From Candidatus Harrisonbacteria bacterium (GTDB lineage: Bacteria > Patescibacteriota > Minisyncoccia > UBA6257 > 02-FULL-45-10c), in NCBI GenBank assembly GCA_016214655.1, contig JACROC010000002.1, forward strand, positions 3,801 to 67,800: 64,000 bases of DNA, read 5' to 3'. Under the pieces are notes generated by a model, which did no database searches, was not told the origin of the DNA, and saw nothing but the letters and a program-made list of their open reading frames with translations. Made by a program: the position numbers and the translations under genes. This document shows positions 1-8,807 of this stretch, one piece after another. How positions within the stretch are numbered: position 1 is the first letter of the stretch; each line of letters starts with the position of its first letter.

Positions 1-1326
1 TTGATTGCTTTTATTTTTATAGTCTTTTTCGTAATTCAGATTATCTCCCCGGCAATTGAAAATTTTGTCACCACTGATGCAGAACGGGAGGCGGTAGTTT
101 TCATCAATCGTTTTTTCCAATCCCAGATCAAACCGGTATATCTGATACCGCCTATTCTTAGCGAAGCAGAGAAAGCATTTACAAATTTTTTCCAATTGAT
201 TCCGGTGCGCGGATTCGTTGCCGGAACAATCATAAGCCGCGACAGCCATACTATCTATACTACCGGGCCCAGCACGGCTATGTGGCAACAAGAATATTCA
301 GATGATCCCAGATTTACCGGAGCGCTGGCATTAAAATCCAGCGCGTTTTTCCAGCCACTCACCGCCGCAGAGCAAGAAGAATTAGGCCTACAAGAAGGGT
401 TTGTGATGTATATTCCAATCACCATTCAAGGAGAGAAAGAAGTTGCGGCGGTAGTTAAAACTATTTCCCGCACCGGATTTGTACGCGAGGCAATCCAAAA
501 TACCGAAACCCAAATACGCTACCGGATTATTTTAAGCGCTACGCTCCTCTACTTTATCCTGGCAATTATTGTTTGGGGCGCATCAAGAACCATTGTCCGG
601 CAAACTAAGGAGCTGAAAATTTACGCTGACCGCCTGACAAAAAGCTTGGAAAAAGAAAAGGAGATTACGGAACTGCAAAGCCAATTTATCACCGTTGCCT
701 CCCATCAGCTGAATACTCCCCTTTCTGCCATAGGCTGGGCAGTTGATCTGCTGCATGAATCCATGGATAACCTGGAAAATGCCCGAGAGAGTATTGAACA
801 AAGCTTCTACAATCTCCGGTCTATTGTCTTTGATTTACTAACCGTCTCAGAAATCGGATTTAAATATGAAAAAAAGAGCGGAGTTGAATTTGATATAGCG
901 GAGCTAACGAAAGAAATTATAACTGAGTTTGAAAGCCGCATAAAAGAAAAGAAGATTAAGCTGGAATTACAAACTCTTGATTCGTTAATTATCAACGCAG
1001 ACAAGCGGGCTATTAAAAAAGTTCTGCAGAATCTGATTGATAATGCAATAATCTACAGCCACGAAACCGGAAATATTAAAATAGAACTTACCCAAAATGA
1101 TTCCGGAATAAATTGGATAATCAGCGACACCGGCATCGGCATACCAGCCGAAGACCAGCCTTCAATTTTCGGAAAAATTTTCCGAGCCAAAAATGCCGTA
1201 GAGAAAAAGAATGTGGGCAGCGGACTCGGACTTTTTATCGCCAAAACTATCGTGGAAGGCCACGGCGGAAAAATAAATTTTACTTCCGAGCAAAATAAAG
1301 GAACAACTTTTAAAATTTCTTTATAA
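1..1326 (+). CDS. Sensor histidine kinase (5' end runs off window); HisKA + HATPase_c domains
   Basis: H-box ASHQLNTPLSAI, G2 box GSGLGLFIAKTIVEGHGGKI, N and G1 motifs; TM stretch near residue 180. Confidence 0.85.
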   Translation: MIAFIFIVFFVIQIISPAIENFVTTDAEREAVVFINRFFQSQIKPVYLIPPILSEAEKAFTNFFQLIPVRGFVAGTIISRDSHTIYTTGPSTAMWQQEYSDDPRFTGALALKSSAFFQPLTAAEQEELGLQEGFVMYIPITIQGEKEVAAVVKTISRTGFVREAIQNTETQIRYRIILSATLLYFILAIIVWGASRTIVRQTKELKIYADRLTKSLEKEKEITELQSQFITVASHQLNTPLSAIGWAVDLLHESMDNLENARESIEQSFYNLRSIVFDLLTVSEIGFKYEKKSGVEFDIAELTKEIITEFESRIKEKKIKLELQTLDSLIINADKRAIKKVLQNLIDNAIIYSHETGNIKIELTQNDSGINWIISDTGIGIPAEDQPSIFGKIFRAKNAVEKKNVGSGLGLFIAKTIVEGHGGKINFTSEQNKGTTFKISL

Positions 1327-1327
1327 A

Positions 1328-1352
1328 AAATCCCCAACTCAAAGGTTGGGGA
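1328..1352. terminator. Hairpin ccccaac-tcaaagg-ttgggg between convergent genes (bidirectional intrinsic terminator)
   Basis: Perfect 6-7 bp GC stem flanked by A-run upstream and T-rich downstream, directly after kinase stop. Confidence 0.5.
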
Positions 1353-1605
1353 GATTCGGCTGTTCAGCCGGCTTCACTCGTTTGTCAAAAATCACAGCCG
1401 CAGCCTTATCGCACATCATCTTAAATCGCTTCGGCGGTATATAATTATCAATCCGCTTTTCTGAGAGAAACATTCTATCATCCTTTCCGCGCATAAATAC
1501 CGCATCATGTAACAGCTCGCCGTTCTTTATATATTGAATCTGGACCCAGATAGCACGATTGCGGTCGTCCCGAAGCACCTCCACTACCTTTACGATCCGT
1601 TCCAT
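1339..1605 (-). CDS. Hypothetical small protein (88 aa)
   Basis: Intact ORF; TTGTCA-17-TATTAT promoter upstream on minus strand (about 1650-1680). No recognisable motif. Confidence 0.4.
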   Translation of the reverse strand: MERIVKVVEVLRDDRNRAIWVQIQYIKNGELLHDAVFMRGKDDRMFLSEKRIDNYIPPKRFKMMCDKAAAVIFDKRVKPAEQPNLPNL

Positions 1606-1663
1606 TAGCCACCCCTACCCTCAAAGATCAGAAAGCTTTCAATATAATAGCATAGATCTTACT

Positions 1664-1692
1664 ACTTGACAAGCATATAGATACATGCTATA
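1664..1692 (+). promoter_or_regulatory. Sigma70-type promoter TTGACA-17bp-TATATT
   Basis: ttgaca 1664-1669, exact 17-bp spacer, tatatt 1687-1692. The same palindromic cttgacaag also gives a divergent -35 for the minus-strand gene. Confidence 0.6.
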
Positions 1693-1698
1693 TTAATT

Positions 1699-2166
1699 TG
1701 GTACCTTGAAGTTCTACGCCCCCTTTCCTCCTGGAAGCTGCAAGCAACCAGGAGGCCGCCAGCCGACGCACATTAACCGACGTACATTGGGCCTCGACCA
1801 AGGGAGGGGTTGTGCGAAAACTCCGTATAGGGCCTCACGGTAAATGCCCGAGGAGGGAACGCTCAAAACTGGCATATAACATGCCTAACATCCGTTATTG
1901 TTACCGGATGGCATGAGCGCCGTGAGGCCCGATTTTCCTGAATTCGGAGAGCGAACTACTGGTCTTGCGGGACCAGTAATCCGCTCCCCGGATGCCTCCC
2001 GAGGGAGGGAGTCCGTCGCCCCAACGCGCGATGGGCTATAAAGTAGTATGGCTGACGCCGCAGGCGAATGGCGAGCAGTCATCGTAGAAAGAGCACCCCA
2101 GGCGCAGAATGCAATCTGCGCCTGGGCCCGATCTCACCGTAAAGGCCACCTGAAAAGGTGGCCTGT
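1699..2166 (+). ncRNA. Unassigned GC-rich structured transcript (about 465 nt), promoter to terminator, no ORF >=60 aa
   Basis: GC clearly above the genome background; many local hairpins; bounded by a strong promoter and tandem terminator hairpins. No tRNA-like ends, no tmRNA tag frame, no RNase P P4 or SRP domain IV motifs found by eye. Confidence 0.4.
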
Positions 2167-2175
2167 TATTTTTTT
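2097..2175 (+). terminator. Tandem hairpins ccccaggcgcag...ctgcgcctggg and ggccacctgaaaaggtggcc followed by TGTTATTTTTTT
   Basis: Second hairpin plus T7 run is a canonical rho-independent terminator. Confidence 0.65.
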
Positions 2176-2222
2176 ATAAAAAGGTTTAATCTTTAATCAG
2201 AAACTTCAAATAATAACGGCAA

Positions 2223-2537
2223 ATGAAAAATAAAAGATTTACTGCCTCCCTACCATGTCCGCAATGCCATACTATCACCTCGCGCATTTCCGATTCATTT
2301 ATAAAACACCTCATTACCAGCGGAAAACAAATTTCCGAAAGACATAAAATGCCGGCTTATATTGAATTAGACTGGCTTGGCTGTACCAAAGAAAATTGCC
2401 AAAATTATTTTCCAAAATACCGAAGCATCAGCCGCTGTCCGGTATGCAAACTGTGGTCGCTGAGATTTTCCCTAAATGCCGGCATCAGAAAATGGAACTG
2501 CAAAAATCGTGATTGCGAATGGTCATTTAGCTACTGA
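2223..2537 (+). pseudogene. Orphan transposase-type double zinc-ribbon fragment (IS1595/InsA-like N-terminal domain), no catalytic domain follows
   Basis: CPQC...CPVC...RKWNCKNRDCEWSFS matches the RYxCKxCxKTFS transposase Zn-ribbon signature. The ORF stops after 104 aa and is followed by a hairpin terminator. Confidence 0.4.
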
Positions 2538-2760
2538 TTCACACAAGCCGCTTATATAAAGGCGGTTTTTTTAATTTATGTAGATATGTAAGTTACATAT
2601 CCGGCGCTTTAACGAGTTAAAGCGCGCCGAATATAACAAATCATATGCATTTTATTTTGACCATGAGATAAAATAAACTATTTTCCTCACTACTACACCG
2701 CGGTGTGTACTATCACGCGAGATAACGCCATCCACGTAATTATCTATATAAAAACGCAAT

Positions 2761-2783
2761 CCCCCACATAATTTATGTGGGGG
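2761..2783 (-). terminator. cccccacataatttatgtggggg hairpin, T-run follows on minus strand (rnpB terminator)
   Basis: Perfect 7-bp G/C stem immediately 3' of the RNase P RNA on the minus strand. Confidence 0.55.
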
Positions 2784-2791
2784 ATTAACGT

Positions 2792-3137
2792 GGTAACTAA
2801 TAAGCCGGATTCTGTCTCTGACGCGAAGTCAGAACGATGACAATTTATCTTGACCTTACATTACTGCAAGATTCTTTGCGGCATTCCAAGCACATAACAA
2901 GTTATATGCTCGGCACAGCCTTGCACCCGGTAAGGATTTAGCCGTTTCATTCCCGCTTTCTTATCTCTATAGCGAGATTAAGCCAACTACGTTGAGATCG
3001 GGCTTTCCTGATCCTTTCGAATCAAGACGTTTCTGTTCGCACCTCTAGGTTGCCCATGATGGCGGTTAGCCATTACTTGTTACTAAGTGTCCGGACTTTC
3101 CTCTCCGGCTTTCGCCGAAGCTGTCATCTAAGTTACC
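2792..3137 (-). ncRNA. rnpB: RNase P RNA (bacterial type A-like, about 346 nt)
   Basis: Minus strand reads GGTAACTTAG...GAGAGGAAAGTCCGGACAC...AGACAGAATCCGGCTTATTAGTTACC. This gives both P4 strands (GGAAAGUCCGG and ACAGAAUCCGGCUUA), a P1 helix (GGUAACU/AGUUACC), P2 (GAUGACAG/UGUCAUC) and a P3 hairpin CUUCGGC-GAAA-GCCGGAG. Confidence 0.8.
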
Positions 3138-3143
3138 TATTAT

Positions 3144-3172
3144 AATATAACCCAACTTCCTTCATTTTGCAA
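3144..3172 (-). promoter_or_regulatory. Promoter TTGCAA-17-TATATT for rnpB
   Basis: Exact 17-bp spacer; -10 ends about 7 nt before the P1 5' end. Confidence 0.55.
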
Positions 3173-3212
3173 CCCCAGGTATATTTGCTATAGCAAATAT
3201 ACCTGGGGTTGA
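3173..3212. terminator. Perfect 18-bp-arm palindrome aaccccaggtatatttgc-TATA-gcaaatatacctggggtt
   Basis: Sits at the 3' end of the minus-strand RNase H gene and upstream of the rnpB promoter; acts as terminator or insulator. Confidence 0.55.
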
Positions 3213-3235
3213 ATAGATTCGAAACTGACTTACCG

Positions 3236-3850
3236 TCAATGAAATCCTAAATCCGCCGGATTAACATCTCCGGAAATGTATTGTATCTTGCCGCCAAAAC
3301 TCTCAAATTCTTTTCTTAATTGTGCTACTTCTTCAGCCAAAGCAATAGTTTTCTTCGGCAAAAATTTTCGGTTCAGAATGCCCTTAGACCAAAAATCTAT
3401 TACGAGCTTGCTGTCGCCGAAAACATTTTTTACCCCGCCCTTCAATGCAAACCCTAATGCGTATTTCGCCGCTAAAAGCTCGCCGTAGTTATTAGTAACT
3501 TTTCCTTTTATAAGATGCTTGCCGTGTTTATTGATAAATTTCTTTTCTAATACATCTTTTAATAAATCATTACCGGCGCTATCCGTTATGCTTATTTCAA
3601 CCCCTTCTCCCCGCCCAGTTCCGGCGTCAAAATAGATTCCAGGAAATAATTTAGCTTTTACCTTTAAGCTTTTAGCTTTTAGTTCATAATTCGCTCCTGA
3701 CACAAGCCACGCCGCAGCTGCTTCTCTACTTTTAAAAGCCCGGTACCTTGCATCTTTCCCCTTCACGATTTTTTCGCAATCGCTCCAGCTTTCACAAATT
3801 CCCTGCTTATCTTTAGAAAAAAAATAGGCGTAATATTTTTCTGCTCTCAC
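3236..3850 (-). CDS. rnhA: Ribonuclease H1 with N-terminal hybrid-binding (viroplasmin-like) domain
   Basis: N-terminus KYYAYFFSKDKQGICESWSDCEKIVKGKDARYRAFKSREAA matches the RNase H1 HBD; catalytic DxG...E...D pattern (IYFDAGTG, NNYGELLAAKYAL, GDSKLVID). Confidence 0.65.
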   Translation of the reverse strand: MRAEKYYAYFFSKDKQGICESWSDCEKIVKGKDARYRAFKSREAAAAWLVSGANYELKAKSLKVKAKLFPGIYFDAGTGRGEGVEISITDSAGNDLLKDVLEKKFINKHGKHLIKGKVTNNYGELLAAKYALGFALKGGVKNVFGDSKLVIDFWSKGILNRKFLPKKTIALAEEVAQLRKEFESFGGKIQYISGDVNPADLGFH

Positions 3851-3856
3851 GGTATT

Positions 3857-5035
3857 TTATTTTATTAGATTACTAAAATATTGCTCCATGGCCTTTTTAA
3901 ATTTTGATAGATTTCCTTTTTCAAGATAAAATCCCGCCGCCACCGGATGGCCTCCAAAGGAAACAAGAAGGTCTTTATAAAGACTCATCGCTTCTACCAC
4001 ATTAAGTCCCGACGGATATACAGCCCGGATATTGCCGCGAAAACCTTTCTTGAATTTCTTATATACAAAGATCGGAACTCGCAATTTTGAGCTCAATTTA
4101 TCGGCGGTCATACTTGAAGTACCAGACAACTTGGACCTATTCTCAAAAAAAACAACGCTTGGCTTATTTTCTTTTTTAAAAATCTCTGTACCGCCTATGA
4201 CATTATTTTTGATCGCCTCATTAAACTTCCGTAGATGATTCTTAATATCTTTTGCGAGCGCGGCGGCTTTCCTCGGATCTTTTGTAGTAAGAAGCTGAAA
4301 TAAATTATTATTCCGATTATCTCCATGAACAGCCGCCCTTAACACATAGTCATCTGACTCTCCCCAAAGCATCACTTTTTTATCAAGTTTTTTTGCCTTC
4401 GCTTCTTTTAGAAGCATGCGAACGCCTGGTCTCACCCGGCGATTTAAATAATCAACCCCCTTCTCCCAGTATTTTATATTACCCTCATCCGGCTCTATGC
4501 CATCCGCAGCCATCGCCATCGCAAATAAATCCAATGATAATTCTAATCTTTTCAAATCTAATCCTTGCATGCTGTAAAAAGATTCAAAAAATTTATAGGC
4601 AACTCCGGTTCCGCACCAATTTTTATAAGAAAAACGTTCACCTCTTTGTTTCGGATTTATAAGAATTGCCAGAAGTTTTCCAGGCTCACAGATATGATGA
4701 TCCAATAAAATGATGTCGAAGCCCATCTTTTTTGCCATAACTACCTGAGAAAAATCGCTGGAACCGAAGTCAACCCCTACAATTAAAGAAGCTTTTTTGC
4801 TTTTAAGCAGCCGCAGATGGAAAAGATTGAAACTCCGGTCATATTCTCTTTGATTCGGCAAAATAACCGTCAAATTATTTTTATCAAAATCGGCACCAAT
4901 CATAGCCTCATATATTAACGTCGCTCCTGGAATGCCGTCTGGATCATAATCGCCCCAAATGCCGATCTTCTCATTTTGTTTTTTAGCTAAAAGCAGCCGC
5001 TTAATAGCCTTATTGGTATTTTTGAAAGTTTCCAT
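3857..5035 (-). CDS. DHH/DHHA1 phosphoesterase (RecJ-core/NrnA-like exonuclease)
   Basis: DYDPDG, LLDHH, and GGHPVAAGF (DHHA1 GGGH motif). Confidence 0.75.
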   Translation of the reverse strand: METFKNTNKAIKRLLLAKKQNEKIGIWGDYDPDGIPGATLIYEAMIGADFDKNNLTVILPNQREYDRSFNLFHLRLLKSKKASLIVGVDFGSSDFSQVVMAKKMGFDIILLDHHICEPGKLLAILINPKQRGERFSYKNWCGTGVAYKFFESFYSMQGLDLKRLELSLDLFAMAMAADGIEPDEGNIKYWEKGVDYLNRRVRPGVRMLLKEAKAKKLDKKVMLWGESDDYVLRAAVHGDNRNNNLFQLLTTKDPRKAAALAKDIKNHLRKFNEAIKNNVIGGTEIFKKENKPSVVFFENRSKLSGTSSMTADKLSSKLRVPIFVYKKFKKGFRGNIRAVYPSGLNVVEAMSLYKDLLVSFGGHPVAAGFYLEKGNLSKFKKAMEQYFSNLIK

Positions 5036-5048
5036 AAAATTTATTTTT

Positions 5049-5229
5049 CTAAGGCTTTAATGCCCGGCAATTCTTTGCCGGCAAAAAAATCCAGCATCGC
5101 GCCCCCCACCTCGCTCCATTTCGTGGAGTCTTTGGAACCCAGCGGTTCCGACGCTGCGCTGCCTCCGCAACGAGAAAACTATCGTTTTCCCGACCCCTTT
5201 CCACGGCGGCGGAGCTGAATCTTAATAAA
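5049..5229 (-). pseudogene. Degenerate duplicate of the pgk 3' end
   Basis: The nucleotide sequence gctttaatgcccggcaattctttgccggcaaaaaaatccagcatcgc parallels the pgk C-terminus gcttttataccgggaagaactttgccagcaaggaaatctaacatcgc. The peptide ...GARCWIFLPAKNCRALKP parallels pgk ...GGAMLDFLAGKVLPGIKAL. Confidence 0.4.
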
Positions 5230-6261
5230 TTAATCATGATTTTCTAATGCTTTTATACCGGGAAGAACTTTGCCAGCAAGGAAATCTAACATCGCTCCGC
5301 CGCCGGTAGAAATAAAATTAATTTTTTTATCCAATTTTAATTTTTTCAAGAACATCACCGTTTCCCCTCCGCCGACAACCTTAAAAGCTTTTTTATTTTT
5401 AACTACCGCCTGCGCAACCGCCTTGGTGCCATGGCTGAATTTATTCTTATTAATATCCCCCACGGGGCCGTTCCAAATAATAGTTTGTGCCTTGGCAATT
5501 TCTTTTTGGAAAAAATTAGCAGTCTTCCGGCCAATATCTTTGATTTCTCCATCATCTTTTTTAAAATCAACCGGCAAAATTATTTTTGGCGATTTCAGTT
5601 GATCTAAAATTTCCGACGTCAAAGCCCCGCCAACTAAAAAAGACACGGTGCGATCCTTGAGATTATCAATGACCTGCATCTTATCCTCAATTTTCAGACC
5701 TCCGAGAATTACCGCCAATGGCTGCTTCGGGGCAGTCATCACCCGCGATAAATTTTTAATCTCCGACTCCAAGCCAAAACCGGCGTAACTTTTTATATAT
5801 TTAGTGATGGCTACCACTGATGCATTGGCCCGATGAGAAACCGCAAAGGCGTCGTTGACATAAATATTCCCGATTGAAGCCAAGTGCTCTGCTAAAATCT
5901 CATTATTGTCCGCTTCTTCCTCCAGAAAACGCAGATTTTCTAATAGAAATACCGCGCCCCGCGGCGAAGCATGGACCAATTCTCTGATTTCCAAGAACCG
6001 GAAGTGCGGAACAAAAGTTACAGTCTTCCCTAATGCCTTACGAAGAATTTTAGTAATCGGTTTCAAGCTTAACGATCGGTCAAATCCTTCCGGCCTGCCT
6101 TTATGGCTCAAAATAACTACGGCTTTACAATTTTTTGCCAAAAACTTAAGGGTCGGCAAACCAGCATCTAGCCGCCAGTTATCTTCAGTATTAAAGTCCA
6201 GCCGCAAAAGGCAAACTTTATTTTTTAGTTCTTGCGGCTTGAGTTGGCTTAGATACCCCAT
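5230..6261 (-). CDS. pgk: Phosphoglycerate kinase (likely start at the MGYLSQL Met; the ORF extends to 6315)
   Basis: RLDFN...LPTL, SHKGRPEG, C-terminal GGGAMLDF; typical PGK length from the second Met, which avoids overlap with the divergent gene. Confidence 0.85.
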   Translation of the reverse strand: MGYLSQLKPQELKNKVCLLRLDFNTEDNWRLDAGLPTLKFLAKNCKAVVILSHKGRPEGFDRSLSLKPITKILRKALGKTVTFVPHFRFLEIRELVHASPRGAVFLLENLRFLEEEADNNEILAEHLASIGNIYVNDAFAVSHRANASVVAITKYIKSYAGFGLESEIKNLSRVMTAPKQPLAVILGGLKIEDKMQVIDNLKDRTVSFLVGGALTSEILDQLKSPKIILPVDFKKDDGEIKDIGRKTANFFQKEIAKAQTIIWNGPVGDINKNKFSHGTKAVAQAVVKNKKAFKVVGGGETVMFLKKLKLDKKINFISTGGGAMLDFLAGKVLPGIKALENHD

Positions 6262-6299
6262 GAAATGATTATATCTAAAAAAGACGTTATAATAAAATC

Positions 6300-7607
6300 G
6301 TGGCCAATAATACAAAAAAGAAAATCGTAATCCTGGGGGCGGGCTTTGGCGGTATTAAAGCCGCTTTTTCGCTCTGTAAAAACCTGGATAAACTTCTCCT
6401 TAACGATAAATATGAATTAATTTTAGTGGATAAAAATTCTTACCACACTTACACCCCCACTCTATACGAAGCTTCAACCACCTCTAAAACCCTGGCTAAT
6501 CAAATTGACCTTAAATCTATCATTACCTTTGATCTAAAAAAGATTTTTAAAAATAAAAATATTTCCCTGCTTCAAGAAACAGTAAACAATGTTGATTTAA
6601 TCGAAGGCGACATCCATTTTGATTCAGGCAAAAAATTAAAATTTGATTACCTGGTGCTGGCACTCGGATCTGAGACTAATTTCTTCGGCATTCCGGGCTT
6701 AGAGGAAAATTCGCTGACGCTTAAAACTTTTACCGATGCCATTAAAATCCGGGATGCGGTGTGGAGTAAATACGAGGAAATGGTAAATGCCGGAAAGAAA
6801 GAACTGGAAATCGTAATTGGCGGAGGCGGGTCCACCGGCATAGAACTGGCCGGAGAAATAAAATCTTGGCTTTGCCAGCTGGAAGAAGAATTTAAAAAAT
6901 GCCCGGCCTCAGTGAAAATTATTGAAGGGATGCCGAATGTTCTTCCGGGATTCGATGAAAAAGTAGTGCATAAAGTCACCAAGCGGCTGAGAAAAATCGG
7001 CGTGGAACTTTTATTAAATGAATTAATTGAAAAAGTTGATCCGGGAAAAACTGTCCTCAAAAGCGGCAGGATAGTAAAATTTGACCTTCTCATATGGAGC
7101 GGAGGAGTAAAAGCGATTTCTTTAATGGGCGCATTGCCACTTAAAAGAGAGGCTAAAGGACGCGTGCGAGTATTGGAAGAAATGGAATGCCTGCCGCAAA
7201 GCGAAGATTTGAAACTCTACGGAAAAATTTATGGCCTTGGAGATGCGATCTGTTTTTACAATCCGGAAACCAATAAGCCCATCCCCCTGGTCGCCGAAGC
7301 GGCTATCGATAGCGCAAAAATCATAGCTCATAATATTATTGAGGATATTAAAATTACCGAAAGTCTAAACGAAAAAGCTGATTATAAAAAATTTACGCCG
7401 AAAAGATACACTTATGTTATTTCGGTAGGAGGAAAATACGCAGTGGCTAAAATTGGGCCGCTGATAATCTCCGGGTTTGCCGGATGGGTACTGAAAGGTT
7501 TAGTTGAACTCTATTATTTGCTTTTTAACGTCTTGCCGCCATTTCAGGCAATTAAAGTCTGGCTGAAAGGATTGAGAATTTTTGTACAGAACGACCGGCT
7601 TGGTTAG
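6300..7607 (+). CDS. Type II NADH dehydrogenase / FAD-dependent pyridine nucleotide-disulfide oxidoreductase
   Basis: KIVILGAGFGG Rossmann motif at N-terminus, second GGGSTG dinucleotide fold, C-terminal amphipathic membrane anchor. Confidence 0.7.
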   Translation: MANNTKKKIVILGAGFGGIKAAFSLCKNLDKLLLNDKYELILVDKNSYHTYTPTLYEASTTSKTLANQIDLKSIITFDLKKIFKNKNISLLQETVNNVDLIEGDIHFDSGKKLKFDYLVLALGSETNFFGIPGLEENSLTLKTFTDAIKIRDAVWSKYEEMVNAGKKELEIVIGGGGSTGIELAGEIKSWLCQLEEEFKKCPASVKIIEGMPNVLPGFDEKVVHKVTKRLRKIGVELLLNELIEKVDPGKTVLKSGRIVKFDLLIWSGGVKAISLMGALPLKREAKGRVRVLEEMECLPQSEDLKLYGKIYGLGDAICFYNPETNKPIPLVAEAAIDSAKIIAHNIIEDIKITESLNEKADYKKFTPKRYTYVISVGGKYAVAKIGPLIISGFAGWVLKGLVELYYLLFNVLPPFQAIKVWLKGLRIFVQNDRLG

Positions 7608-7608
7608 A

Positions 7609-7661
7609 ACCTATTTTTATAAAATAGGTTCTGATAAGAAAGACCCCCTTGCGGGGGTCAA
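7609..7661 (+). terminator. Two hairpins (aacctatttttataaaataggtt; gacccccttgcgggggtc) after the NDH-2 gene
   Basis: Perfect inverted repeats immediately after the stop codon. Confidence 0.5.
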
Positions 7662-7833
7662 TCAAAGATCGTTGTGTCTTTTATTAATAAGACAGAGATC
7701 TAACTGTCGGCAAAAGGATTGAAAAATTTTCCCTGCCTTCGCGAATTCCGAATCGCTCGGCTCGCTTACTCTTAATATAACAAATTGTGAAAATGGCACA
7801 AAGAGAATGGCTGTGGATAACTTGACGCTCGCC

Positions 7834-7970
7834 ATACCTATCTGCCTACCGGCACCGGCGTCGCTTCTTTCCAGCGAAGAAGCGCGCCTACGCCTCGCCA
7901 CGAAATTTTTTGCTTCGCAAAAAGCCAAGCATTTCGTGGCTCCGTAGTTGCCGCACGACAGATAGGTATG
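7834..7970. ncRNA. Copy A of a repeated, structured GC-rich element (candidate small RNA), closed by a 13-bp terminal stem gccatacctatctg/cagataggtatggc
   Basis: Core CTACCGGCACC...TTGCCGCACGA is shared with 16252-16392. The internal hairpins differ between copies by compensatory changes. Confidence 0.5.
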
Positions 7971-7989
7971 GCTCACTTATTTATAATAA

Positions 7990-8012
7990 AAAGCCCCGAG
8001 GGGGCTAAATTT
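7990..8012 (+). terminator. aagccccgagggggct hairpin followed by aaatttt
   Basis: GC stem plus T-rich tail. Confidence 0.45.
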
Positions 8013-8150
8013 TCTTGAAAGACAAATTAGCTTGTCAAACCGATTCCTTAACGCGTTAAAGCGTCGAATCAAAAATTTTTGACTTTTATAAGAAAGCCAT
8101 CTATTATTTTTCGTAGCTCTCCGAAAAAGCCGCCGTACGGAGGTCGAAAG

Positions 8151-8492
8151 ATGTGGACTATCGCTGAAACCTTAAACACGGTAAAAATTTCCGCAAAATG
8201 CGCAAGGGAGTTGTTTGAAGCCCAAGAAGATGGCGAGGAAATCTGGTACAGCCTGGAAAATGTAACCTACAAAGGAAAATTAACTTTCAATCCGGACCAT
8301 AATGAACATATGGATTTCTTGAGAAGAGATGATAAATATGTCAGCATCTTGCGAAGGCATAAAGTCAAAGGCGATATTTGCTTCGGCAGCCTGGATGGAG
8401 ACAATGCCGGAGAATTCTGGGGCTATCGCTTTGACGGCAAGGGTGGGATGAAAAGACTGACCGGCCGACTTGAATATCGGGAGAAAAAATAA
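8151..8492 (+). CDS. Hypothetical protein (ORF from 8079; likely start MWTIAETLN)
   Basis: Intact ORF, no motif recognised; forms a TAATG-overlapped pair with the next gene. Confidence 0.4.
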   Translation: MWTIAETLNTVKISAKCARELFEAQEDGEEIWYSLENVTYKGKLTFNPDHNEHMDFLRRDDKYVSILRRHKVKGDICFGSLDGDNAGEFWGYRFDGKGGMKRLTGRLEYREKK

Positions 8493-8779
8493 TGACGCTT
8501 GTAATCTACCTCCGTGATCTCACCAAAAATGAAGCAAAATTCCTGGTTGAAGTAAAAAAAGAGTCTGATGAAGAATATCTAGAAGATGAACAAATCTCTG
8601 AAATGTTTAAGGAATTCGTCACAAAATCCAAAGCTAAACTACCATTAAAATCCAAAAAGGTAGATATCTGGATTGGCATGTGGATAAATGAAAGCCAGCT
8701 CACTATAAAATTTCCGCCGGAATTCATGGCACTTGTCAGCCAAAACGGCTGGCCAGTAACTTTTGACCTGAATGATTAA
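8492..8779 (+). CDS. Hypothetical protein (95 aa)
   Basis: Stop/start overlap taATG with the upstream gene, suggesting an operon. Confidence 0.4.
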   Translation: MTLVIYLRDLTKNEAKFLVEVKKESDEEYLEDEQISEMFKEFVTKSKAKLPLKSKKVDIWIGMWINESQLTIKFPPEFMALVSQNGWPVTFDLND

Positions 8780-8807
8780 AAATCGCCTGTAAGGGCGAAT
8801 TTTTTAT

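Noticed and set aside
1699-2166. tmRNA (ssrA) assignment for the GC-rich transcript
   Set aside because: No tRNA-like acceptor/T-arm at the ends. No GGUUCGA-type T-loop. No tag reading frame ending in ALAA-like residues before a stop.
5049-5237. 62-aa ORF as a real gene
   Set aside because: Nucleotide-level degenerate copy of the pgk 3' end. No RBS or independent conservation evident.
6647-7093. 148-aa antisense ORF inside the NDH-2 gene and many similar antisense/overlapping ORFs (e.g. 18484-18912, 20254-20523, 21766-22149, 21894-22337, 46654-46953, 48599-49015)
   Set aside because: Embedded in confidently assigned genes on the other strand or frame. Low-complexity translations. No start or RBS context.
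7662-7976. 104-aa minus-strand ORF and its look-alike 16218-16406 as a conserved small protein family
   Set aside because: Both lie entirely inside the GC-rich repeated element. Differences between copies are compensatory stem substitutions and not synonymous-site changes. Peptide similarity is a by-product of nucleotide conservation.
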